The notes under the pieces are model-generated. The model was not told the origin of the DNA. It saw only the letters and a program-made list of their open reading frames with translations, and made no database searches. Shown here one piece after another: positions 24,185 to 32,000 of a stretch of 32,000 nucleotides of DNA. Made by a program: the position numbers and the translations under genes. Position 1 is the stretch's first letter. Every line of letters starts with the position of its first letter. Origin of the DNA: an uncultured archaeon (GTDB lineage Archaea > Micrarchaeota > Micrarchaeia > Micrarchaeales > CABMGC01); assembly GCA_963704435.1 (NCBI GenBank), contig OY969902.1:570001-602000 (forward strand), written 5' to 3'.

Positions 24185-24410
24185 CCAACCCGACTTTGAG
24201 CACGTATTCCTCGATGTCCCCCTTCGTGACCCTGTCCCTGTTCTGGCGCCTCGCGTTCCCGACCGCGAATTTCGATATCGTCTTGGCCCGCTTCTCGAGG
24301 ATCCTCGCAAGCGCTTCAGCCCCATCGTCGCTTATGTTCGCCTTGAAGTACCTTTTTATCAGCTTCTTAATCGCCTGTTTTGGTATGCTCGCCGTGCAAA
24401 CACCATTCAG
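24174..24410 (-). CDS. Archaeal histone-fold protein (HMf-like); start codon unresolved, possibly frameshifted
   Basis: Minus-strand frame reads ..SIPKQAIKKLIKRYFKANISDDGAEALARILEKRAKTISKFAVGNARRQNRDRVTKGDIEEYVLKVGLDED*. It aligns by eye along its length to HMfB-type histones. It has no in-frame ATG, GTG or TTG; candidates are CTG at 24410 or an out-of-frame ATG at 24406. Confidence 0.7.
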   Translation of the reverse strand: MNGVCTASIPKQAIKKLIKRYFKANISDDGAEALARILEKRAKTISKFAVGNARRQNRDRVTKGDIEEYVLKVGLDED

Positions 24411-24426
24411 AACTCAAGATCTTCAT

Positions 24427-24434
24427 CATATTTT
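24427..24434 (-). promoter_or_regulatory. TATA-like box (AAAATATG on minus strand) upstream of the histone-fold ORF
   Basis: 20 nt upstream of the ATG at 24406 and 16 nt upstream of the CTG at 24410. Confidence 0.35.
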
Positions 24435-24565
24435 GTCAGAAGATGGATTCATCACTGTCATACTGCTGCGTTGATACTTTAATACCTTCCTGCGCGGCCG
24501 GAAGCTACCAAAAGTAAAACGCGCATGGGTTAAGAATATATACCTGTAACGGCTCATAAGCCCTG

Positions 24566-24892
24566 ATGATTTTCATGGTGACTGAAGTTGACGACGGCAA
24601 TTTCAAGAAGGAGGTCCTGAGCTCGAAGCTTCCTGTTATAGTCGATTTCTGGGCGTCGTGGTGCGGGCCGTGCAGGATGTTCTCCCCGATACTCGAAGAG
24701 GTCTCGAAGGACTATTCTAGCAAGGTCAAGTTCTGCAAGCTCAACACGGACGAGAGCAACAAGATAGCGTCGGAGTACAACATCATGAGCATACCCACGG
24801 TGCTGCTGTTCGAGGGCGGGGAGGTCAAGGCGATGTCCGTCGGAGCGATACAGAAAAGCGCCTTCAAGGAGTGGATTGACAGCAACCTGTAG
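24566..24892 (+). CDS. trxA: Thioredoxin
   Basis: 108 aa. VIVDFWASWCGPCRM active site and SIPTVLLFEGGE. The start could also be the ATG at 24575. Confidence 0.93.
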   Translation: MIFMVTEVDDGNFKKEVLSSKLPVIVDFWASWCGPCRMFSPILEEVSKDYSSKVKFCKLNTDESNKIASEYNIMSIPTVLLFEGGEVKAMSVGAIQKSAFKEWIDSNL

Positions 24893-24954
24893 GCCAGCTT
24901 CTCCTCTGGAATCAGATAGGTCTTTATTGCTATTCGGACATAGGTAATGGCATA

Positions 24955-26235
24955 GTGATCAGCTTGCAGATCGGCACACCGCGAGGAGTCAGAGACTTCG
25001 GTCCCAGCGAAGCGATATCCCTGAAGTACATCTCCGGCGTCGTGGAGGAGGTCTTCAAGAGGTTCGGATTCTATCCGATAGAGACGCCCGCGATAGAGAC
25101 GCTGGGCGTGCTCAACGCGAAGGCATACGGTGACGAATCCACGAAGGAGATATACAAGATCGACGGGGAGGACGCAGGCCTGCGCTACGACTTCACGGTC
25201 CCGCTGGCAAGGTACGTGGCGTCAAACAAGGACCTCCCGCTGCCCTTCAAGCGGTACCAGACGGGCGCGATATGGCGGAGGGACGAGCCGCAGAGGATGC
25301 GCTACCGCGAATTCCTCCAGGCAGACCTCGACATAGTCGGCAGCGCCGAGCCGGAGAGCGATGCCGAGGTTATAGCCGCGCCCGCGATCGCAATCGAGGA
25401 GCTCGGCATATCGAACTACATTCTTTTGCTCAACAGCAGGTCGATCCTGCGCAGCATACTGGAGTCCTTCAAGGTCCCCGAAGACAAGCACGCCCCGGTA
25501 GTGCGGGCGATAGACAAGATGCAGAAGTTGGGCAGGGATGCAACGGCGCAGCAGCTTGCTGCACTAGGGCTCGATGCGGAGGCGTGCGGCAGCATCCTGG
25601 GGTTCCTGGAGATGGAAGGGAACAACGATGAGAAGCTTGAGAAGCTGTGCGCGAGCGTGCCTGCGGCCAAGCCCGAGGCGGAGAGGATGGGCGGCCTGCT
25701 CAAGATGCTGGGCGCGTACGGGCTCAGGGGCAAGGTCGTCGTGGACTTCTCGCTAGCGAGGGGGATTGACTACTACACCGGATTCGTCTGGGAGTTCGTC
25801 CTCGAGGAGAACGGAAAGCGCCTACCGACCTTCTGCTCCGGCGGGAGGTATGATGGCCTTATCGGCCTCTACTCGGACCGGAGCGTGCCTGCGACAGGAT
25901 CGTCCATAGGGATATCGCGCGTCTTCGACATACTCGGAGTAGGAAGCCCGACAAGGACGCTCGCCAAGGTCTTCATAGCGTATGTGGGAGAGAACAGGGA
26001 CTACGCCATGAGCGTCGCGCGGGCGCTGCGCGGCAAGGGAATCTACACCGACATGAACTGCGTCAGGAGGGGCCTTTCCAAGCAGCTCGAGCATGCGAGT
26101 TCCCTCAAGGTCAAGTACGTCGCGATACTCGGGGACGTTGAGCGCGCGGCGAACACAGTTAAGCTCAGGGACATGCTCAGCGGAGAGGAGGAGATGCTGG
26201 GCGTGGACGCTGCAGCCGAGAAGCTCAAGATGTGA
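24955..26235 (+). CDS. hisS: Histidine--tRNA ligase
   Basis: 426 aa, GTG start. PRGVRDFGP, class II motifs (RYDFTVPLARYV, FKRYQTGAIWRRDEPQRMRYREFLQ, GGRYDGL), and a C-terminal anticodon-binding domain. Confidence 0.93.
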   Translation: MISLQIGTPRGVRDFGPSEAISLKYISGVVEEVFKRFGFYPIETPAIETLGVLNAKAYGDESTKEIYKIDGEDAGLRYDFTVPLARYVASNKDLPLPFKRYQTGAIWRRDEPQRMRYREFLQADLDIVGSAEPESDAEVIAAPAIAIEELGISNYILLLNSRSILRSILESFKVPEDKHAPVVRAIDKMQKLGRDATAQQLAALGLDAEACGSILGFLEMEGNNDEKLEKLCASVPAAKPEAERMGGLLKMLGAYGLRGKVVVDFSLARGIDYYTGFVWEFVLEENGKRLPTFCSGGRYDGLIGLYSDRSVPATGSSIGISRVFDILGVGSPTRTLAKVFIAYVGENRDYAMSVARALRGKGIYTDMNCVRRGLSKQLEHASSLKVKYVAILGDVERAANTVKLRDMLSGEEEMLGVDAAAEKLKM

Positions 26236-26239
26236 TGCT

Positions 26240-26755
26240 ATGGCGAAATCGGAGATGGAGGAGGTCACGCACAAGGCGCTCGCGAAGGGAGGCATACTGG
26301 CGAAGCTGTACTTCGACATGCAGAGCGACAAGCAGGAGGACCTGCAGCCGCTCATGGCCGACCTGCTCAACAACCGCCTTCTCAAGACTCCCGGAATCCT
26401 CTACTGCTTCGGAGGGATAGACGAGCCGATAAAGATGAAGGACACTTATTCGACGAGCGCAACGGTCACGGTGCTGTTCCAGGACCTGTGGTCCCTGGTT
26501 AACGTCGCATTCGTCTTCACTCCGGCGGGGGTCGAACTCATCAAGCCTGACAGGGAATACCTAATAAAGAGCAACGATTTGCAGTCGCTTCTGCTGAACG
26601 TTGCACAGATATCGCTCGAATACTCCCATTTCATACTCAGCAGGGCGCTGAAGAAGGAGGACTACGATAAGCTTGTGGATGACATCAAGCGCAGGGAGGA
26701 GCTGGGGAAGAAGCTGGTGGGAGAGAAAGGCCCGAAGCCGGGCCCGCAGAAGTAG
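26240..26755 (+). CDS. Hypothetical protein, tightly linked to hisS
   Basis: 171 aa from the ATG at 26240, 4 nt after the hisS stop. The track's upstream extension overlaps hisS out of frame. Charged C-terminal tail, and no family I recognise. Confidence 0.6.
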   Translation: MAKSEMEEVTHKALAKGGILAKLYFDMQSDKQEDLQPLMADLLNNRLLKTPGILYCFGGIDEPIKMKDTYSTSATVTVLFQDLWSLVNVAFVFTPAGVELIKPDREYLIKSNDLQSLLLNVAQISLEYSHFILSRALKKEDYDKLVDDIKRREELGKKLVGEKGPKPGPQK

Positions 26756-26764
26756 GGCGGGAAC

Positions 26765-27259
26765 ATGGAAGGTACCGTCTGCCTGATAATCAAGGGCGAC
26801 AGAATCCTTATGAAATTGGCTGTCAGGGGGATAAGCGAAGGCAAGTGGAACTTCCCCGGAGGAAAGCTAGAACCCGGAGAAACTCCAAGGGAGGGCAACG
26901 ATAGGGAGGTCCTGGAAGAGACGGGATTGATCGTGTCCGACGCGCATTACCACGGAAAGCTCTTTTTCGCATTCGAGAACAGGCATGAGAAGGACTGGTT
27001 CGTCCACATCTTCTCCACAAGAAGCTTCAGCGGGAAGACTTCTGAAAGCGAGGAAGGGCCCCTGCAATGGTTCGACATCGCGGCCATGCCCGTCGAGCGC
27101 ATGTGGTCTGGAGACCGGATCTGGTTCCCAGCAGTCCTTGCAGGAAAGACGGTAAGCGGCAGCTTCACCTACGATGGAAAGGGGCAGAACCTGCTGAGCC
27201 ATGAATTCAAAGAGAATGACGACGCAGGGCATCCAAACGCTAAAACCACAGGGGGCTAG
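26765..27259 (+). CDS. NUDIX hydrolase (MutT-like)
   Basis: 164 aa. Nudix box GGKLEPGETPREGNDREVLEETGL (GX5EX7REUXEEXGU). Confidence 0.88.
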   Translation: MEGTVCLIIKGDRILMKLAVRGISEGKWNFPGGKLEPGETPREGNDREVLEETGLIVSDAHYHGKLFFAFENRHEKDWFVHIFSTRSFSGKTSESEEGPLQWFDIAAMPVERMWSGDRIWFPAVLAGKTVSGSFTYDGKGQNLLSHEFKENDDAGHPNAKTTGG

Positions 27260-27313
27260 CCCGACATATTTGAAATTTATGTCACGTTCATGGAGGGCCG
27301 TCAACTAGAGGAA

Positions 27314-27553
27314 CTAGGAAAATACGGTAATAAAAATAAACACTATGGCCATTGCAATTATTACAATACCTCCGATTCTAATCCGTATTACAGTTCCTCT
27401 GTCTGGAATATACGTCCCGCCCCTAAATAGTTCAATCATATTCTTTTGGAAACCAACCAATCCCGTTGGGCAAATTATGAAGATTACGCCTACCAAAGAC
27501 ATAACGCCGGTTCCTATCATCACAACTAATAGGGCAGCCCAATTCTGTATCAT
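27314..27553 (-). CDS. Small hydrophobic membrane protein (hypothetical) in an AT-rich islet
   Basis: 79 aa with about 3 hydrophobic segments. TATA-like CTTATATAAC about 20 nt upstream. Codon usage is unlike the flanking genes. Confidence 0.45.
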   Translation of the reverse strand: MIQNWAALLVVMIGTGVMSLVGVIFIICPTGLVGFQKNMIELFRGGTYIPDRGTVIRIRIGGIVIIAMAIVFIFITVFS

Positions 27554-27646
27554 ATTGAAATTATTCTCCCTAAGTTATATAAGCGTTTCAACAGCACTTC
27601 GCGCATACGGCTCCTTTAACCATAAATAATCCCTGCTTTCTTACAT

Positions 27647-28747
27647 TCAAGTCCGACCTCTCAAGAAGAAGCGCCTGAGCATGACGCTCGGCCTGTCCAT
27701 GTCGCCGTACTTCGACAGGAAGGGCTCGATGCCCAGCGCCTTCGCCGCTTTTACAAGAAGCGCTAGATTACCGGCGCTCATCCCCGAATAGGCCCTGCTC
27801 AAGGTCCTATGCATCGCAAGATCCCTCCCAAACTTTCCGTTGAATGTCTTTTCGTACTCTTCTAGTTCGTTTCCGTTGTTTATGTGGTCGACTATCGCGC
27901 GCGCCGCGAGCAGTGCGCCATTCCCTCCAAAAACAATTCCCCCTCCAGTAGTCGGCTTTACCTGTCCCGCAGCATCCCCGACCAACAAAACCTCTTCCTT
28001 CCCGCTCACGATCCTTTTTCTCATGCGTAGTGGTATGATGCTAGCGTACCCGCTTAGCATCTTGCTATTCCCTATCGCTTCGGACACGTCGCTCACTTTC
28101 AGAAGCCTGTCGAATGCGGATTTGCTGTTTCCATTTCCCGAGTCGACGCCAATTCCCACCTCGAGCGTGCCCTTGGTTTTGGGGCACACCCAGCCAAAGA
28201 ACTTCGACGCAACCCTGTTGTCGAAGAACAGGTCCACGACTCTCTTGTCGCGTGGCTTGGCATCAAACTCTGCTTTATAAGTCAGAACGTGATCACCCAC
28301 TGGTCCCATCGAGAAATGCCTTGCGACTGAAGATATGGCGCCGTCCGCTCCCACAATTATGCTGTCCTTGTGCAGGCTCTCCAGCACCTTTGAATCGACA
28401 TTTCTGCCCGTGAGCACCTTTGCGCCCGCTCTGACGCTCTCTTCGTAGCACGCCAGATTCAGCTTCTCTCTGTCCAGCACGTGCGCCATCGGCTTCTCCG
28501 AAAGTATGCGCATTACTTCCTTCCCAGCGTGGATGTTCGCCCCATAAAGGGTGTTGGTCACTGCCTTGCGGTAGTCCATTCCGAGGCCCTTGAGGCCCTC
28601 TATTGATACAATGCCGCTCGCCTTCGGAGGATAGCCGAGTCTTTTCTTCTGCTCGTAGACGCGAGTGTCTATGCCCGAAGCGGCGAGGTATTTCGCCGCG
28701 ATGAGGCCTGCCGTCCCCGCGCCTATTACGGCGACTTTGCTGCGCAT
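27647..28747 (-). CDS. Geranylgeranyl reductase family FAD-dependent oxidoreductase
   Basis: 366 aa. N-terminal dinucleotide fold VAVIGAGTAGLIAAKYLAASGIDTRVYEQ, LLVGDAAGQVKPTTGGGI motif, and typical length. Confidence 0.78.
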   Translation of the reverse strand: MRSKVAVIGAGTAGLIAAKYLAASGIDTRVYEQKKRLGYPPKASGIVSIEGLKGLGMDYRKAVTNTLYGANIHAGKEVMRILSEKPMAHVLDREKLNLACYEESVRAGAKVLTGRNVDSKVLESLHKDSIIVGADGAISSVARHFSMGPVGDHVLTYKAEFDAKPRDKRVVDLFFDNRVASKFFGWVCPKTKGTLEVGIGVDSGNGNSKSAFDRLLKVSDVSEAIGNSKMLSGYASIIPLRMRKRIVSGKEEVLLVGDAAGQVKPTTGGGIVFGGNGALLAARAIVDHINNGNELEEYEKTFNGKFGRDLAMHRTLSRAYSGMSAGNLALLVKAAKALGIEPFLSKYGDMDRPSVMLRRFFLRGRT

Positions 28748-28898
28748 TGAACCGTATGGATTCGCGCTCTAAAGTTTATAATCCAGCATCAACGAACGGC
28801 TACCCGACCATTTATATATTTTATCTCACATACTCTGCTATTGGCTCGAGCTTGGGGGCTTGCCCGCAGGCCAATTGCACTAAACTGCTTGTGTTCTG

Positions 28899-31800
28899 AT
28901 GTCGCTCATACTGACCGCGCTAATCGCGTTCGTTTCGATAATAGTTCCGGGCTTCTTCCTGGCGCTCGCGCTACTGAGGAAGACCAAGCTCAACATGTTC
29001 GAGATAACCGTCATCGGGTTCATCTTCGGGCTGGTATTCCCTCCGACGCTGACGTGGCTCGAATCGTACCTGATCTCATACATCCACGCATTCTCGTTCT
29101 CGGCGCAGCTCTACATGGCTAACGTCGTCGTTCTCACCCTGGCAGGGATCGCGCTCTCCGTGCAGCAGGGCGCGATAAGCCTCGACTTCTCCAAGAGCAA
29201 TCCTTCCGCCAAGCCGAAGGCGGCCGCAGCCGCCTTCCAGGCGCATGGGGACTACCGGGAGAGGCTCGTCGAGCTGAGGGCCACGATCGCGTCCCTAAAC
29301 ACGGACATGGGCCTCGTGAAGGAGCACGAGAGGGAGGAGGACGCGCTCAAGTCAAGGCACAGGGCTGAGGTCGAGAAGCTCAGGGACGCAGGGCCCGAGG
29401 AGAGGTCGCGCATCGCGGAGCTTCACGCTGACGAGGAGAGGAGGCTCATCGAGGCCCATGAGAGGGAGGAGAGGGTCCTGCTTGACGGGACCTCGACGCG
29501 GGCAAGCCCTGAGGCAAAGGGAAAGGGCAAGGTCAACGCCTTCCAGGTAGTCCTCCTGATGCTGATGCTGTTCACTTTCGCAACGAGGATAGCCAACATA
29601 GGCACCGCGGCCAAGTTCTTCGAGTTCGACCCGTACTTCGACATGCAGAGCACTGAGTTCCTGCTGGTGCACGGCTACCAGTGGCTCTATGACCATTCGG
29701 CGTGGCCCACGGCGGTGAACGGCACAGTGCACAGGATAGAGCCCCTTGTGCCGTACCTCGAGGCGTACTGGTACCAGATATCAAACCCTCCCGCGCAGGC
29801 GATAAACCTGACGCTGCTCAGCAACGTGAGCAGCTTCTATCCTCCGATCGCGGCGGCACTGCTGGTCTTCGTGGTATTCATGTTCCTGGACCACGAGTAC
29901 GGCGAGAAGCCAGCGATAATAGGTGCCGCCTTGGCCGCCGCGATGCCCGTGCTCATAAGCACGTTCATAGCCGGAGAGCAGCTGGTCGAGCCTTGGGGGA
30001 TATTCGCCATGTTCTTCTTCTACGCGGCGTACCTGCTCGCAATCCAGAACCCGAAGGAGAAGAGGTACGCAGTCCTTGCGGGAGTCGCGTTCGCGTCGAC
30101 CTTCCTCGGAGCCCATTATTACACGGTGAATGCGGGAGTGTTCGCGATCTACATAGCGCTCCAGGGCCTCATCAACGTGGTGAAGAAGGAGAGCATGAGG
30201 GATTTCTACAAGATGAACCTGATAGTGATCGGAGTGATCCTCCTTTTCTTCCTGGCATTCAATCCCTACAACTCGGTGCTCGCGAACGCTGTGCCAGGAG
30301 TGCTAGGCGTGCCCGTGATTATCGCATTCCCTGTGCTCGCGCTGGCATTCGTGGTCATAGGGGAGCAACTGGTCAACCTCATCGCGCCCTCGCTTGAGAA
30401 ACAGACATCGGTGACATACGTGCTGTGCGCACTGTCAGGCGTCGGACTGGTCGCAGTGGCCTACGCCGCAATGAGCAACAAGCTCGGCAAGCTGCGCGAA
30501 GCGCTTTCGAGGTATGCCGTCCTGTCTGCGCTGGCCGTTGTGCTATTGCTGCTGATACTCCTGACCCCATTGGGCAATCCTGTAAACAGATATCTCGCCC
30601 TCAGCTCCCATTACACCACACCCTCCACGCCGCTCTTCATGACTGTGCAGGAGTACGCACCCACAGGACTGAACTACGACTACGGATCCGCGGGCTTCGG
30701 CATCATCGGGGCAAGCGTCCTCGGGGCCGACGTAATCGTATGGACGGTGCTGCTGCTCTTTTACGCCCTGGCGCTGTACGCCGTATTCAAGAGAAATTCG
30801 AAGACGGGCCTGCTCGCGATCGCCGCGGTATTCCCGCTGCAGGTCGCCGGCATGATAGAGGTGAAGTACCTGCCCCACCTCGGGGTCGGGTACGTGATTG
30901 CGATAGGGTTCATAATAGGGGAGCTCCTGCTCCTCATCAAGGATTCCAAGTCGCTTGACGCTTCAGCGAAAGGCAAGCTGTCCCGCGGCCTGTTCGCGGC
31001 GGCGATAGTCTTGGTGCTGCTAGAATCCATCTCCTTCGTCGGCCTGCTCTCCGCGGTGGGCCAGAGCTGCAGCACCATATCCGCAAACGGCAACTCCATA
31101 GGCTATTCCATCCTCTGCAATACCATCCCCAACTACTGGCTCCAGGCGACAGCGTGGATGTCTAAGAACGTCGGGCCCTTCGCCCCCAGGGTGCTCTCCT
31201 GGTGGGACTACGGCGACTGGATAAACTGGTTCGGGAACAGCAATGCTGTGCTGAGGGGCGACAATTCGGTGGCGGCGCTGGACCTCGCGACCGCCGCGAG
31301 GTACGTCCTCGGGTCCAGCGACGGCTACGGGCCCCAGAACCTGGCCAACTTCTCCAACAGCGTGCAGGCGAAGTATGTGCTGTTCGACGACCAGCTCACG
31401 CAGAAGTGGCAGGCTCTCGACTTCCTCGCGTGCGTCGACGTGAACCAGACCAGCAGGGCGTATGCGATCCAGGCTGCGAACGGCACCGGCAGCCCGTACG
31501 TGCTCGGCGAGTCGCAGTGCGAGCTGTCGCACTCACCCGCATACCTGTACGTGCCGGTTAGCACGAGCAACATCAACAACTACTGCCAGCTCAAAGACTC
31601 CAATGTGACCGCGGTCAAGACCCTTATGTCAATCGGGAACGGGCTCTCGAACCAGACCTACTGCACGCCCCTCACGAATTCCTCAGCGCCGACGGTGCTG
31701 CTGTATCCCAACGGCACCGCGACCAACATACTCCTCATCTCGCAGCAGCAGTTCTTCTTCGGCCTCTACAACATAGGCGGCCAGCAGTTCCTGGACTTCA

Positions 31801-32000
31801 TGGCGTTCTACCTGCCCAACGGCCCCAACGGCACCATAACCGACGCGCCCACCGAGTTCTACAACTCGAACTACTACCGCGGGTTCTATCTCGGGAAGCT
31901 GCCAGGCTTCACGATAGTCTACCCGGCGAACTTCACAGGCATAAACTACGTGAACGGGACGCACCAGGTGGTAATATACAGGGTTAATAACTACACAGGA
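28899..32000 (+). CDS. aglB: Oligosaccharyltransferase AglB/STT3 (partial, continues past the window end) with N-terminal extension
   Basis: Open frame from the ATG at 28899 (in-frame stop at 28881-28883) to the window end: 1034 codons with no stop. That is why it is absent from the ORF track. FEFDPYFD loop motif, many TM segments, and the catalytic SWWDYGDWINWFG (WWDYG) at 31200-31214. Confidence 0.88.
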   Translation, partial: MSLILTALIAFVSIIVPGFFLALALLRKTKLNMFEITVIGFIFGLVFPPTLTWLESYLISYIHAFSFSAQLYMANVVVLTLAGIALSVQQGAISLDFSKSNPSAKPKAAAAAFQAHGDYRERLVELRATIASLNTDMGLVKEHEREEDALKSRHRAEVEKLRDAGPEERSRIAELHADEERRLIEAHEREERVLLDGTSTRASPEAKGKGKVNAFQVVLLMLMLFTFATRIANIGTAAKFFEFDPYFDMQSTEFLLVHGYQWLYDHSAWPTAVNGTVHRIEPLVPYLEAYWYQISNPPAQAINLTLLSNVSSFYPPIAAALLVFVVFMFLDHEYGEKPAIIGAALAAAMPVLISTFIAGEQLVEPWGIFAMFFFYAAYLLAIQNPKEKRYAVLAGVAFASTFLGAHYYTVNAGVFAIYIALQGLINVVKKESMRDFYKMNLIVIGVILLFFLAFNPYNSVLANAVPGVLGVPVIIAFPVLALAFVVIGEQLVNLIAPSLEKQTSVTYVLCALSGVGLVAVAYAAMSNKLGKLREALSRYAVLSALAVVLLLLILLTPLGNPVNRYLALSSHYTTPSTPLFMTVQEYAPTGLNYDYGSAGFGIIGASVLGADVIVWTVLLLFYALALYAVFKRNSKTGLLAIAAVFPLQVAGMIEVKYLPHLGVGYVIAIGFIIGELLLLIKDSKSLDASAKGKLSRGLFAAAIVLVLLESISFVGLLSAVGQSCSTISANGNSIGYSILCNTIPNYWLQATAWMSKNVGPFAPRVLSWWDYGDWINWFGNSNAVLRGDNSVAALDLATAARYVLGSSDGYGPQNLANFSNSVQAKYVLFDDQLTQKWQALDFLACVDVNQTSRAYAIQAANGTGSPYVLGESQCELSHSPAYLYVPVSTSNINNYCQLKDSNVTAVKTLMSIGNGLSNQTYCTPLTNSSAPTVLLYPNGTATNILLISQQQFFFGLYNIGGQQFLDFMAFYLPNGPNGTITDAPTEFYNSNYYRGFYLGKLPGFTIVYPANFTGINYVNGTHQVVIYRVNNYTG

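Noticed and set aside
24405-24431. C/D-box-like pattern on the minus strand: ATGATGA, then 12 nt, then CTGA, overlapping the histone start region.
   Set aside because: There is no convincing C' box and no D box at the expected about 12-nt guide spacing. There is no terminal stem either. The pieces coincide with the TATA/start region, so this is probably chance.
24563-24586. CTGATGA...CTGA near the thioredoxin start, resembling C and D boxes.
   Set aside because: Only about 12 nt separate the boxes and the pattern sits inside the trxA start region. It is too short for a C/D sRNA.
1-32000. CRISPR arrays, rRNA genes, IS elements, and long direct or tandem repeats.
   Set aside because: Reading through the window, I saw none. 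The only RNA gene I could support is tRNA-Glu.

Overview
This window is a gene-dense archaeal chromosomal core segment. Every gene I can recognise is archaeal-type information processing or housekeeping.

Gene order, left to right:
- radA, diphthine synthase, a UPF0104/flippase-like membrane protein, and a long (385 aa) three-unit tRNA-splicing endonuclease.
- A PRC-barrel protein and two head-to-head thymidylate-kinase paralogues, one with degenerate catalytic motifs.
- tRNA-Glu(UUC), an orphan ORF, an HTH regulator, an A24 prepilin-type peptidase, and a three-gene cassette of unknown function.
- ilvE, pth2, a composition-atypical orphan, priS, and L15e with a Pcc1-like ORF.
- The ribosomal block L3-L4-L23-L2-S19-L22-S3-L29-SUI1, followed directly by the exosome superoperon: psmA-SBDS-rrp4-rrp41-rrp42-L37ae-(unknown)-rpoP.
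- A minus-strand histone / Zn-ribbon / PRC-barrel operon, then trxA, hisS, an unknown ORF, a NUDIX hydrolase, a small membrane ORF and a geranylgeranyl-reductase-family gene.
- A large aglB/STT3 oligosaccharyltransferase ORF that runs off the right edge. The ORF track misses it because it has no stop codon in the window.

The ORF track also misses rpoP (44 aa) and a histone-fold ORF that has no canonical start codon. Many long track ORFs are antisense or alternate-frame shadows of real genes in GC-rich coding sequence.

The three-unit EndA, the codon style (AGG/ATA/AAG-rich) and the compact overlapping genes suggest a small-genome DPANN/ARMAN-like archaeon. That is inference only.

I see no CRISPR array, no transposase or integrase, and no clear-cut defence island.

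The most interesting leads are:
- The TMK-like paralogue lacking the P-loop Lys and the DRY Asp.
- The histone-fold gene with a start-codon or frame anomaly, and its operon with a Zn-ribbon protein and a PRC-barrel protein.
- The wHTH / Cys-rich / small-protein cassette with an upstream perfect palindrome.
- A foreign-looking 230-aa ORF wedged between pth2 and priS.
- An unassigned ORF translationally coupled inside the exosome superoperon.
- The N-terminal extension of AglB.

All functional calls rest on motif recognition by eye. No database searches were run.
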